Positions 23,421 to 36,100 of a DNA stretch of 56,574 bases are shown piece by piece. Origin of the DNA: Utricularia gibba (lineage: Eukaryota; Plantae; Magnoliophyta). The notes below the pieces were generated by a model. The model saw only the letters and a list, made by a program, of their open reading frames with translations. It did no database searches and was not told where the DNA came from. Position 1 is the first letter of the stretch; every line of letters begins with the position of its first letter. Both the position numbers and the translations under genes were made by a program. The DNA is taken from contig NEEC01000189.1 in assembly GCA_002189035.1 (NCBI GenBank), positions 1 to 56,574 on the forward strand, given 5' to 3'.

Positions 23421-26400
23421 CGGCAAAAAAAGTGATCCATTTATTAACGTTGGGTTTTCGGCAGCTGCCTACATGGTTTCTGAAGGAAAAGCTTGTCGTT
23501 TTTGGGTGGGGTGCTTTGTTGGGAATTCGTCCGGACCCAAGGTTCGGTTCGACTCCTGAGCCCAATGGGGTCCTATTCGACGAAAATCGTGATGCATTTT
23601 TTGAAGTTAGGATGTCATGAGCACCCCAAATGGTTTTCTTGTCCACAAGCTTTATATTTGAGGAGGCGCTCTCGAGGGGCACTAGGATCGGCCGGAGGTC
23701 GGGTCGGGCTCGGCCCATAGTCATTTGTAGCCCGGCAAAAAAAGTGATCCATTTATTAACGTTGGGTTTTCGGCACCTGCCTACATGTTTCTGAAGGAAA
23801 AGCTTGTCGTTTTTGGGTGGGTGCTTTCGTTGGGAAGTTCATCCGGACCCAAGGTTCTGTTCGACTCCTGAGCCCAATGGGGTCCTATTCGACGAAAATC
23901 GTGATGCATTTTTTGAAGTTAGGATGTCATGAGCACCCCAAATGGTTTTCTTGTCCACAAGCTTTATATTTGAGGAGGCGCTCTCGAGGGGCACCAGGAT
24001 CGGGCCGGAGGTCAGGTCGGGCTCGGCCCATAGTCATTTGTAGCCCGGCAAAAAATGTGATCCATTTATTAACGTTGGGTTTTTCGGCACCTGCCTACAT
24101 GGTTTCTGAAGGAAAAGCTTGTCGTTTTTGGGTGGGTGCTTTGTTGGAAATTCATCCGGACCCAAGGTTCGGTTCGACCCTGAGCCCAATGGGTCCTATT
24201 CGACGAAAATCGTGATGCATTTTTTGAAGTTAGGATGTCATGAGCACCCCAAATGGTTTTCTCCACAAGCTTTATATTTGAGGAGGCGCTCTCGAGGGGC
24301 ACTAGGATCGGGCCGGAGGTCAGTCGGGCTCGGGCCCATAGTCATTTGTAGCCCGGCAAAAAAAGTGATCCATTTATTAACGTTGGGTTTTCGGCACTGC
24401 CTACATGGTTTCTGAAGGAAAAGCTTGTCGTTTTTGGGTGGGTGCTTTTGTTGGAATTCATCCGGACCCAAGGTTCGGTTCGACTCCTGAGCCCAATGGG
24501 GTCCTATTCGACGAAAATCGTGATGCATTTTTTGAAGTTAGGATGTCATGAGCACCCCAAATGGTTTTTGTCCACAAGCTTTATATTTGAGGAGGCGCTC
24601 TCGAGGGGCACTAGGATCGGGCCGGAGGTCAGGTCGGGCTCGGCCCATAGTCATTTGTAGCCCGGCAAAAAATGTGATCCATTTATTAACGTTGGGTTTT
24701 CGGCACCTGCCTACATGGTTTGTGAAGGAAAAGCTTGTCGTTTTTGGGTGGGTGCTTTGTTGGAAATTCATCCGGACCCAAGGTTCGTTCGACTCCTGAG
24801 CCCAATGGGGTCCTATTCGACGAAAATCGTGATGCATTTTTTGAAGTTAGGATGTCATGAGCACCCCAAATGGTTTTCTTGTCCACAAGCTTTATATTTG
24901 AGGAGGCGCTCTCGAGGGGCACCAGGATCGGGCCGGAGGTCAGGTCGGGCTCGGCCCCATAGTCATTTGTAGCCCGGCAAAAAATGTGATCCATTTATTA
25001 ACGTTGGGTTTTCGGCACCTGCCTACATGGTTTGTGAAGGAAAAGCTTGTCGTTTTTGGGTGGGTGCTTTGTTGGGAATTCATCCGGACCCAAGGTTCGT
25101 TCGACTCCTGAGCCCAATGGGGTCCTATTCGACGAAAATCGTGATGCATTTTTTGAAGTTAGGATGTCATGAGCACCCCAAATGGTTTTCTTGTCCACAA
25201 GCTTTATATTTGAGGAGGCGCTCTCGAGGGGCACCAGGATCGGGCCGGAGGTCAGGTCGGGCTCGGCCCCATAGTCATTTGTAGCCCGGCAAAAAATGTG
25301 ATCCATTTATTAACGTTGGGTTTTCGGCACCTGCCTACATGTTTCTGAAGGAAAAGCTTGTCGTTTTTGGGTGGGTGCTTTCGTTGGGAAGTTCATCCGG
25401 ACCCAAGGTTCGTTCGACTCCTGAGCCCAATGGGGTCCTATTCGACGAAAATCGTGATGCATTTTTTGAAGTTAGGATGTCATGAGCACCCCAAATGGTT
25501 TTCTTGTCCACAAGCTTTATATTTGAGGAGGCGCTCTCGAGGGGCACCAGGATCGGGCCGGAGGTCAGTCGGGCTCGGCCCATAGTCATTTGTAGCCCGG
25601 CAAAAAAATGTGATCCATTTATTAACGTTGGGTTTTCGGCACCTGCCTACATGGTTTGTGAAGGAAAAGCTTGTCGTTTTTGGGTGGGTGCTGTTGTTCG
25701 GAAATTCGTCCGGACCAAGGTTCGGTTCGACTCCTGAGCCCAATCGGGTCCTATTCGACGAAAATCGTGATGCATTTTTTGAAGTTAGGATGTCATGAGC
25801 ACCCCAAATGGTTTTCTCACCACAAGCTTTTTATTTGAGGAGGCGCTCTCGAGGGGCACTAGGATCGGGCCGGAGGTCATATCGATCTCGGCCCATAGTC
25901 ATTTGTAGCCCGGCAAAAAAAGTGATCCATTTATTAACGTTGGGTTTTCGGCAGCTGCCACATGGTTTCTGAAGGAAAAGCTTGTCGTTTTTGGGTGGGT
26001 GCTTTTGTTGGGAATTCATCCGGACCCAAGGTTCGTTCGACTCCTGAGCCCAATGGGGTCCTATTCGACGAAAATCGTGATGCATTTTTTGAAGTTAGGA
26101 TGTCATGAGCACCCAAATGGTTTTCTTGTCCACAAGCTTTATATTTGAGGAGGCGCTCTCGAGGGGCACTAGGATCGGGCCGGAGGTCAGGTCGGGCTCG
26201 GCCCATAGTCATTTGTAGCCCGGCAAAAAATGTGATCCATTTATTAACGTTGGGTTTTCGGCACCTGCCTACATGGTTTGTGAAGGAAAAGCTTGTCGTT
26301 TTTGGGTGGGTGCTTTGTTGGGAAGTTCGTCCGGACCCAAGGTTCTGTTCGACTCCTGAGCCCAATGGGTCCTATTCGACGAAAATCGTGATGCATTTTT

Positions 26401-27199
26401 TGAAGTTAGGATGTCATGAGCACCCCAAATGGTTTTCTTGTCCACAAGCTTTATATTTGAGGAGGCGCTCTCGAGGGGCACCAGGATCGGGCCGGAGGTC
26501 AGGTCGGGCTCGGCCCCATAGTCATTTGTAGCCCGGCAAAAAATGTGATCCATTTATTAACGTTGGGTTTTCGGCACCTGCCTACATGGTTTCTGAAGGA
26601 AAAGCTTGTCGTTTTTGGGTGGGTGCTTTGTTGGGAAGTTCATCCGGACCCAAGGTTCTGTTCGTTCGACTCCTGAGCCCAATGGGGTCCTATTCGACGA
26701 AAATCGTGATGCATTTTTTGAAGTTAGGATGTCATGAGCACCCCAAATGGTTTTCTTGTCCACAAGCTTTATATTTGAGGAGGCGCTCTCGAGGGGCACT
26801 AGGATCGGGCCGGAGGTCAGGTCGGGCTCGGCCCCATAGTCATTTGTAGCCCGGCAAAAAATGTGATCCATTTATTAACGTTGGGTTTTCGGCACCTGCC
26901 TACATGGTTTGTGAAGGAAAAGCTTGTCGTTTTTGGGTGGGTGCTTTGTTGGAATTCGTCCGGACCCAAGGTTCGGTTCGACTCCTGAGCCCAATGGGGT
27001 CCTATTCGACGAAAATCGTGATGCATTTTTTGAAGTTAGGATGTCATGAGCACCCCAAATGGTTTTCTTGTCCACAAGCTTTATATTTGAGGAGGCGCTC
27101 TCGAGGGGCACCGGATCGGGCCGGAGGTCAGGTCGGGCTCGGCCCCATAGTCATTTGTAGCCCGGCAAAAAATGTGATCCATTTATTAACGTTGGGTTT

Positions 27200-27780
27200 T
27201 CGGCACTGCCTACATGGTTTCTGAAGGAAAAGCTTGTCGTTTTTGGGTGGGTGCTTTTTTGGAAAGTTCATCCGGACCCAAGGTTCGGTTCGACCTGAGC
27301 CCAATGGGTCCTATATTCGAAAAAATGTGCATTTTTTTGAAGTTAGGATGTCATGAGAGCACCCCCAAATGGTTTTCTTGTCCACAAGCTTTATATTTGA
27401 GGAGGCGCTCTCGAGGGGCACTAGGATCGGGCCGGAGGTCGGTCGGGCTCGGCCCATAGTCATTTGTAGCCCGGCAAAAAAAATGTGCCATTTTTAACGT
27501 TCGTTGTTTTTTCGGCACCCTACACATTTCTGAAGGAAAAAAGCTCGTTTTTTTGGGTGTGCTTTTGTTGGGAAATTCGTCCGGACCCAAGGTTCTGTTC
27601 GACTCCTGCCCAATGGGGTCCTATTCGACGAAAATCGTGATGCATTTTTTGAAAGTAGGATGTCATGAGAGCACCCAAATGGTTTTCTTGTCCACAAGCT
27701 TTAATTTTGGGAGCGCTCTCGAGGGCACACCATCGGGGGGAGGTCAGGTCGGGCTCGGCCCCATAGTCATTTGTAGCCCG
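27200..27780 (+). other. Two indel- and substitution-rich satellite monomers
   Basis: Examples are ctatattcgaaaaaatgtgcattttttt, tcatgagagcacccc, tttttaacgttcgttgttttttcgg and gggcacaccatcggggggagg, which differ from otherwise near-invariant consensus positions. Confidence 0.85.
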
Positions 27781-29936
27781 GCAAAAAATGTGATCCATTT
27801 ATTAACGTTGGGTTTTCGGCACCTGCCTACATGGTTTCTGAAGGAAAAGCTTGTCGTTTTTGGTGGGTGCTTTCGTTGGAAGTTCATCCGGACCCAAGGT
27901 TCTGTTCGACTCCTGAGCCCAATGGGGTCCTATTCGACGAAAATCGTGATGCATTTTTTGAAGTTAGGATGTCATGAGCACCCCAAATGGTTTTCTTGTC
28001 CACAAGCTTTATATTTGAGGAGGCGCTCTCGAGGGGCACCAGGATCGGGCCGGAGGTCGGTCGGGCTCGGCCCATAGTCATTTGTAGCCCGGCAAAAAAA
28101 TGTGATCCATTTATTAACGTTGGGTTTTCGGCACCTGCCTACATGGTTTCTGAAGGAAAAGCTTGTCGTTTTTGGGTGGGTGCTTTTGTTGGGAAGTTCA
28201 TCCGGACCCAAGGTTCGTTCGACTCCTGAGCCCAATGGGGTCCTATTCGACGAAAATCGTGATGCATTTTTGAAGTTAGGATGTCATGAGCACCCCAAAT
28301 GGTTTTCTTGTCCACAAGCTTTATATTTGAGGAGGCGCTCTCGAGGGGCACCAGGATCGGGCCGGAGGTCGGGTCGGGCTCGGCCCCATAGTCATTTGTA
28401 GCCCGGCAAAAAATGTGATCCATTTATTAACGTTGGGTTTTCGGCACCTGCCTACATGGTTTCTGAAGGAAAAGCTTGTCGTTTTTGGGTGGGTGCTTTG
28501 TTGGGAAGTTCATCCGGACCCAAGGTTCGTTCGACTCCTGAGCCCAATGGGGTCCTATTCGACGAAAATCGTGATGCATTTTTGAAGTTAGGATGTCATG
28601 AGCACACCCAAATGGTTTTCTTGTCCACAAGCTTTAATTTGAGGAGGCGCTCTCGAGGGGCACTAGGATCGGGCCGGAGGTCAGGTCGATCGGGCCCATA
28701 GTCATTTGTAGCCCGGCAAAAAAAGTGATCCATTTATTAACGTTGGGTTTTCGGCAGCTGCCTACATGGTTTGAAGGAAAAGCTTGTCGTTTTTGGTGGG
28801 TGCTTTCGTTGGGAATTCATCCGGACCCAAGGTTCGTTCGACTCCTGAGCCCAATGGGGTCCTATTCGACGAAAATCGTGATGCATTTTTTGAAGTTAGG
28901 ATGTCATGAGCACCCCAAATGGTTTTCTTGTCCACAAGCTTTATATTTGAGGAGGCGCTCTCGAGGGGCACCAGGATCGGGCCGGAGGTCAGGTCGGGCT
29001 CGGCCCCATAGTCATTTGTAGCCCGGCAAAAAATGTGATCCATTTATTAACGTTGGGTTTTCGGCACCTGCCTACATGGTTTCTGAAGGAAAAGCTTGTC
29101 GTTTTTGGGTGGGTGCTTTGTTGGGAAGTTCGTCCGGACCCAAGGTTCTGTTCGACTCCTGAGCCCAATGGGTCCTATTCGACGAAAATCGTGATGCATT
29201 TTTTTGAAGTTAGGATGTCATGAGCACCCCAAATGGTTTTCTCACCACAAGCTTTATATTTGAGGAGCGCTCTCGAGGGGCACTAGGATCGGCCGGAGGT
29301 CGGGTCGCTCGGGCCCATAGTCATTTGTAGCCCGGCAAAAAAAGTGATCCATTTATTAACGTTGGGTTTTCGGCACCTGCCTACATGTTTCTGAAGGAAA
29401 AGCTTGTCGTTTTTGGTGGGTGCTTTCGTTGGGAAGTTCATCCGGACCCAAGGTTCGTTCGACTCCTGAGCCCAATGGGGTCCTATTCGACGAAAATCGT
29501 GATGCATTTTTGAAGTTAGGATGTCATGAGCACCCCAAATGGTTTTTCTTGTCCACAAGCTTTATATTTGAGGAGGCGCTCTCGAGGGGCACCAGGATCG
29601 GGCCGGAGGTCGGGTCGGGCTCGGCCCATAGTCATTTGTAGCCCGGCAAAAAATGTGATCCATTTATTAACGTTGGGTTTTCGGCACTGCCTACATGGTT
29701 TCTGAAGGAAAAGCTTGTCGTTTTTGGTGGGTGCTTTCGTTGGGAAGTTCATCCGGACCCAAGGTTCTGTTCGACTCCTGAGCCCAATGGGGTCCTATTC
29801 GACGAAAATCGTGATGCATTTTTTGAAGTTAGGATGTCATGAGCACCCCAAATGGTTTTCTTGTCCACAAGCTTTATATTTGAGGAGGCGCTCTCGAGGG
29901 GCACCAGGATCGGGCCGGAGGTCAGGTCGGGCTCGG

Positions 29937-30112
29937 CCCATAGTCATTTGTAGCCTGAGCCCAATGGGGTCCTATTCGACGAAAATCGTGATGCATTTTT
30001 TGAAGTTAGGATGTCATGAGCACCCAAATGGTTTTCTTGTCCACAAGCTTTATATTTGAGGAGGCGCTCTCGAGGGGCACCAGGATCGGGCCGGAGGTCA
30101 GGTCGGGCTCGG
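29937..30112 (+). repeat. Truncated 176-bp monomer (~137-bp deletion removing most of subunit A)
   Basis: The junction tttgtagcc|tgagcccaat is at 29955/29956. ATAGTCA spacing is 29940 to 30116 = 176 bp. Confidence 0.92.
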
Positions 30113-33100
30113 CCCATAGTCATTTGTAGCCCGGCAAAAAATGTGATCCATTTATTAACGTTGGGTTTTCGGCACCTGCCTACATGGTTTGTGAAGGAAA
30201 AGCTTGTCGTTTTTGGGTGGGTGCTTTGTTGGGAAGTTCATCCGGACCCAAGGTTCTGTTCGACTCTGAGCCCAATGGGGTCCTATTCGACGAAAATCGT
30301 GATGCATTTTTGAAGTTAGGATGTCATGAGCACCCAAATGGTTTTCTTGTCCACAAGCTTTATATTTGAGGAGGCGCTCTCGAGGGGCACTAGGATCGGG
30401 CCGGAGGTCAGGTCGGGCTCGGCCCATAGTCATTTGTAGCCCGGCAAAAAATGTGATCCATTTATTAACGTTGGGTTTTCGGCACTGCCTACATTGTTTC
30501 TGAAGGAAAAGCTTGTCGTTTTTGGGTGGGTGCTTTCGTTGGGAAGTTCATCCGGACCCAAGGTTCTGTTCGACTCCTGAGCCCAATGGGGTCCTATTCG
30601 ACGAAAATCGTGATGCATTTTTTGAAGTTAGGATGTCATGAGCACCCCAAATGGTTTTTCTGTCCACAAGCTTTATATTTGAGGAGGCGCTCTCGAGGGG
30701 CACCAGGATCGGGCCGGAGGTCAGGTCGGGCTCGGCCCATAGTCATTTGTAGCCCGGCAAAAAATGTGATCCATTTATTAACGTTGGGTTTTCGGCACTG
30801 CCTACATGGTTTGTGAAGGAAAAGCTTGTCGTTTTTGGGTGGGTGCTTTGTTGGAAATTCGTCCGGACCCAAGGTTCGGTTCGACTCCTGAGCCCAATCG
30901 GGTCCTATTCGACGAAAATCGTGATGCATTTTTTGAAGTTAGGATGTCATGAGCACCCCAAATGGTTTTCTCACACAAGCTTTTTATTTGAGGAGGCGCT
31001 CTCGAGGGGCACTAGGATCGGGCCGGAGGTCAGGTCGGGCTCGGCCCATAGTCATTTGTAGCCCGGCAAAAAAAGTGATCCATTTATTAACGTTGGGTTT
31101 TCGGCACTGCCTACATGGTTTCTGAAGGAAAAGCTTGTCGTTTTTGGGTGGGTGCTTTTGTTGGGAATTCATCCGGACCCAAGGTTCGTTCGACTCCTGA
31201 GCCCAATGGGTCCTATTCGACGAAAATCGTGATGCATTTTTTGAAGTTAGGATGTCATGAGCACCCAAATGGTTTTCTTGTCCACAAGCTTTATATTTGA
31301 GGAGGCGCTCTCGAGGGGCACTAGGATCGGGCCGGAGGTCAGGTCGGGCTCGGCCCCATAGTCATTTGTAGCCCGGCAAAAAATGTGATCCATTTATTAA
31401 CGTTGGGTTTTCGGCACCTGCCTACATGGTTTGTGAAGGAAAAGCTTGTCGTTTTTGGGTGGGTGCTTTGTTGGGAAGTTCATCCGGACCCAAGGTTCGT
31501 TCGACTCCTGAGCCCAATGGGGTCCTATTCGACGAAAATCGTGATGCATTTTTTGAAGTTAGGATGTCATGAGCACCCCAAATGGTTTTCTCCACAAGCT
31601 TTATATTTGAGGAGGCGCTCTCGAGGGGCACGGATCGGGCCGGAGGTCAGGTCGGGCTCGGCCCATAGTCATTTGTAGCCCGGCAAAAAAATGTGATCCA
31701 TTTATTAACGTTGGGTTTTCGGCACTGCCTACATGGTTTCTGAAGGAAAAGCTTGTCGTTTTTGGGTGGGTGCTTTCGTTGGGAAGTTCATCCGGACCCA
31801 AGGTTCTGTTCGACTCCTGAGCCCAATGGGGTCCTATTCGACGAAAATCGTGATGCATTTTTTGAAGTTAGGATGTCATGAGCACCCCAAATGGTTTTCT
31901 TGTCCACAAGCTTTATATTTGAGGAGGCGCTCTCGAGGGGCACCAGGATCGGGCCGGAGGTCAGGTCGGGCTCGGCCCATAGTCATTTGTAGCCGGCAAA
32001 AAATGTGATCCATTTATTAACGTTGGGTTTTCGGCACCTGCCTACATGGTTTGTGAAGGAAAAGCTTGTCGTTTTTGGGTGGGTGCTGTTGTTGGAATTC
32101 GTCCGGACCCAAGGTTCGGTTCGACTCCTGAGCCCAATGGGTCCTATTCGACGAAAATCGTGATGCATTTTTTGAAGTTAGGATGTCATGAGCACCCCAA
32201 ATGGTTTTCTTCCACAAGCTTTATATTTGAGGAGGCGCTCTCGAGGGGCACCAGGATCGGGCCGGAGGGTCGGGCTCGGCCCATAGTCATTTGTAGCCCG
32301 GCAAAAAAAGTGATCCATTTATTAACGTTGGGTTTTCGGCACTGCCTACATGGTTTCTGAAGGAAAAGCTTGTCGTTTTTGGGTGGTGCTTTTGTTGGGA
32401 AATCCGGACCCAAGGTTCGGTTCGACTCCTGAGCCCAATGGGGTCCTATTCGACGAAAATCGTGATGCATTTTTTGAAGTTAGGATGTCATGAGCACCCA
32501 AATGGTTTTCTTGTCCACAAGCTTTATATTTGAGGAGGCGCTCTCGAGGGGCACTAGGATCGCGGAGGTCGGGTCGGGCTCGGCCCATAGTCATTTGTAG
32601 CCCGGCAAAAAAATGATCCATTTATTAACGTTGGGTTTTCGGCACCTGCCTACATTGTTTTGAAGGAAAAGCTTGTCGTTTTTGGGTGGGTGCTTTCGTT
32701 GGGAAGTTCATCCGGACCCAAGGTTCGTTCGACTCCTGAGCCCAATGGGGTCCTATTCGACGAAAATCGTGATGCATTTTTTGAAGTTAGGATGTCATGA
32801 GCACCCAAATGGTTTTCTTGTCCACAAGCTTTATATTGAGGAGGCGCTCTCGAGGGGCACCAGGATCGGGCCGGAGGTCAGGTCGGGCTCGGCCCATAGT
32901 CATTTGTAGCCCGGCAAAAAATGTGATCCATTTATTAACGTTGGGTTTTCGGCACTGCCTACATGGTTTGTGAAGGAAAAGCTTGTCGTTTTTGGGTGGG
33001 TGCTGTTGTTCGGAAATTCGTCCGGACCCAAGGTTCGGTTCGACTCCTGAGCCCAATCGGGTCCTATTCGACGAAAATCGTGATGCATTTTTTGAAGTTA

Positions 33101-36100
33101 GGATGTCATGAGCACCCCAAATGGTTTTCTCACCACAGCTTTTATTTGAGGAGGCGCTCTCGAGGGGCACTAGGATCGGGCCGGAGGTCATATCGATCTC
33201 GGGCCCATAGTCATTTGTAGCCCGGCAAAAAAAGTGATCCATTATTAACGTTGGGTTTTCGGCACTGCCAACATGGTTTCTGAAGGAAAAGCTTGTCGTT
33301 TTTGGGTGGGTGCTTTTGTTGGGAATTCATCCGGACCCAAGGTTCGGTTCGACTCCTGAGCCCAATGGGGTCCTATTCGACGAAAATCGTGATGCATTTT
33401 TTGAAGTTAGGATGTCATGAGCACCCCAAATGGTTTTCTTGTCCACAAGCTTTATATTTGAGGAGGCGCTCTCGAGGGGCACTAGGATCGGGCCGGAGGT
33501 CAGGTCGGGCTCGGCCCATAGTCATTTGTAGCCCGGCAAAAAATGTGATCCATTTATTAACGTTGGGTTTTCGGCACCTGCCTACATGGTTTGTGAAGGA
33601 AAAGCTTGTCGTTTTTGGGTGGGTGCTTTGTTGGAAATTCATCCGGACCCAAGGTTCTGTTCGACTCCTGAGCCCAATGGGGTCCTATTCGACGAAAATC
33701 GTGATGCATTTTTTTGAAGTTAGGATGTCATGAGCACCCAAATGGTTTTCTTGTCCACAAGCTTTATATTTGAGGAGGCGCTCTCGAGGGGCACCAGGAT
33801 CGGGCCGGAGGTCAGGTCGGGCTCGGCCCATAGTCATTTGTAGCCCGGCAAAAAATGTGATCCATTTATTAACGTTGGGTTTTCGGCACCTGCCTACATG
33901 TTTCTGAAGGAAAAGCTTGTCGTTTTTGGGTGGGTGCTTTGTTGGGAAGTTCATCCGGACCCAAGGTTCGTTCGACTCCTGAGCCCAATGGGGTCCTATT
34001 CGACGAAAATCGTGATGCATTTTTTGAAGTTAGGATGTCATGAGCACCCCAAATGGTTTTCTTGTCCACAAGCTTTATATTTGAGGAGGCGCTCTCGAGG
34101 GGCACCAGGATCGGGCCGGAGGTCGGGTCGGGCTCGGCCCATAGTCATTTGTAGCCCGGCAAAAAATGTGATCCATTTATTAACGTTGGGTTTTCGGCAC
34201 TGCCTACATGGTTTGTGAAGGAAAAGCTTGTCGTTTTTGGGTGGGTGCTTTGTTGGGAAATTCGTCCGGACCCAAGGTTCGGTTCGACTCCTGAGCCCAA
34301 TGGGGTCCTATTCGACGAAAATCGTGATGCATTTTTTGAAGTTAGGATGTCATGAGCACCCCAAATGGTTTTCTCCACAAGCTTTATATTTGAGGAGGCG
34401 CTCTCGAGGGGCACTAGGATCGGGCCGGAGGTCAGGTCGGGCTCGGCCCATAGTCATTTGTAGCCCGGCAAAAAAAGTGATCCATTTATTAACGTTGGGT
34501 TTTCGGCACCTGCCTACATGGTTTCTGAAGGAAAAGCTTGTCGTTTTTGGGTGGGTGCTTTTGTTGGGAATTCATCCGGACCCAAGGTTCGGTTCGACTC
34601 CTGAGCCCAATGGGGTCCTATTCGACGAAAATCGTGATGCATTTTTTGAAGTTAGGATGTCATGAGCACCCCAAATGGTTTTCTTGTCCACAAGCTTTAT
34701 ATTTGAGGAGGCGCTCTCGAGGGGCACCAGGATCGGGCCGGTCAGGTCGGGCTCGGCCCATAGTCATTGTAGCCCGGCAAAAAATGTGATCCATTTATTA
34801 ACGTTGGGTTTTCGGCACCTGCCTACATGGTTTGTGAAGGAAAAGCTTGTCGTTTTTGGGTGGGTGCTTTGTTGGAAATTCATCCGGACCCAAGGTTCGT
34901 TCGACTCCTGAGCCCAATGGGGTCCTATTCGACGAAAATCGTGATGCATTTTTTGAAGTTAGGATGTCATGAGCACCCAAATGGTTTTCTTGTCCACAAG
35001 CTTTATATTTGAGGAGGCGCTCTCGAGGGCACCAGGATCGGGCCGGAGGTCAGGTCGGGCTCGGCCCATAGTCATTTGTAGCCCGGCAAAAAATGTGATC
35101 CATTTATTAACGTTGGGTTTTCGGCACCTGCCTACATGGTTTTGAAGGAAAAGCTTGTCGTTTTTGGGTGGGTGCTTTCGTTGGGAAGTTCATCCGGACC
35201 CAAGGTTCTGTTCGACTCCTGAGCCCAATGGGGTCCTATTCGACGAAAATCGTGATGCATTTTTTGAAGTTAGGATGTCATGAGCACCCCAAATGGTTTT
35301 CTTGTCCACAAGCTTTATATTTGAGGAGGCGCTCTCGAGGGGCACCAGGATCGGGCCGGAGGTCGGGTCGGGCTCGGCCCCATAGTCATTTGTAGCCCGG
35401 CAAAAAATGTGATCCATTTATTAACGTTGGGTTTTCGGCACTGCCTACATGGTTTCTGAAGGAAAAGCTTGTCGTTTTTGGGTGGGTGCTTTGTTGGGAA
35501 GTTCATCCGGACCCAAGGTTCGGTTCGACTCCTGAGCCCAATGGGGTCCTATTCGACGAAAATCGTGATGCATTTTTTGAAGTTAGGATGTCATGAGCAC
35601 CCCAAATGGTTTTCTTGTCCACAAGCTTTATATTTGAGGAGGCGCTCTCGAGGGGCACTAGGATCGGGCCGGAGGTCAGGTCGGGCTCGGCCCCATAGTC
35701 ATTTGTAGCCCGGCAAAAAATGTGATCCATTTATTAACGTTGGGTTTTCGGCACTGCCTACATGGTTTCTGAAGGAAAAGCTTGTCGTTTTTGGGTGGGT
35801 GCTTTGTTGGGAAATTCATCCGGACCCAAGGTTCGTTCGACTCCTGAGCCCAATGGGGTCCTTTCGACGAAAATCGTGATGCATTTTTTGAAGTTAGGAT
35901 GTCATGAGCACCCAAATGGTTTTCTTGTCCACAAGCTTTATATTTGAGGAGGCGCTCTCGAGGGGCACCAGGATCGGGCCGGAGGTCAGGTCGGGCTCGG
36001 CCCATAGTCATTTGTAGCCGGCAAAAAATGTGATCCATTTATTAACGTTGGGTTTTCGGCACCTGCCTACATGTTTCTGAAGGAAAAGCTTGTCGTTTTT

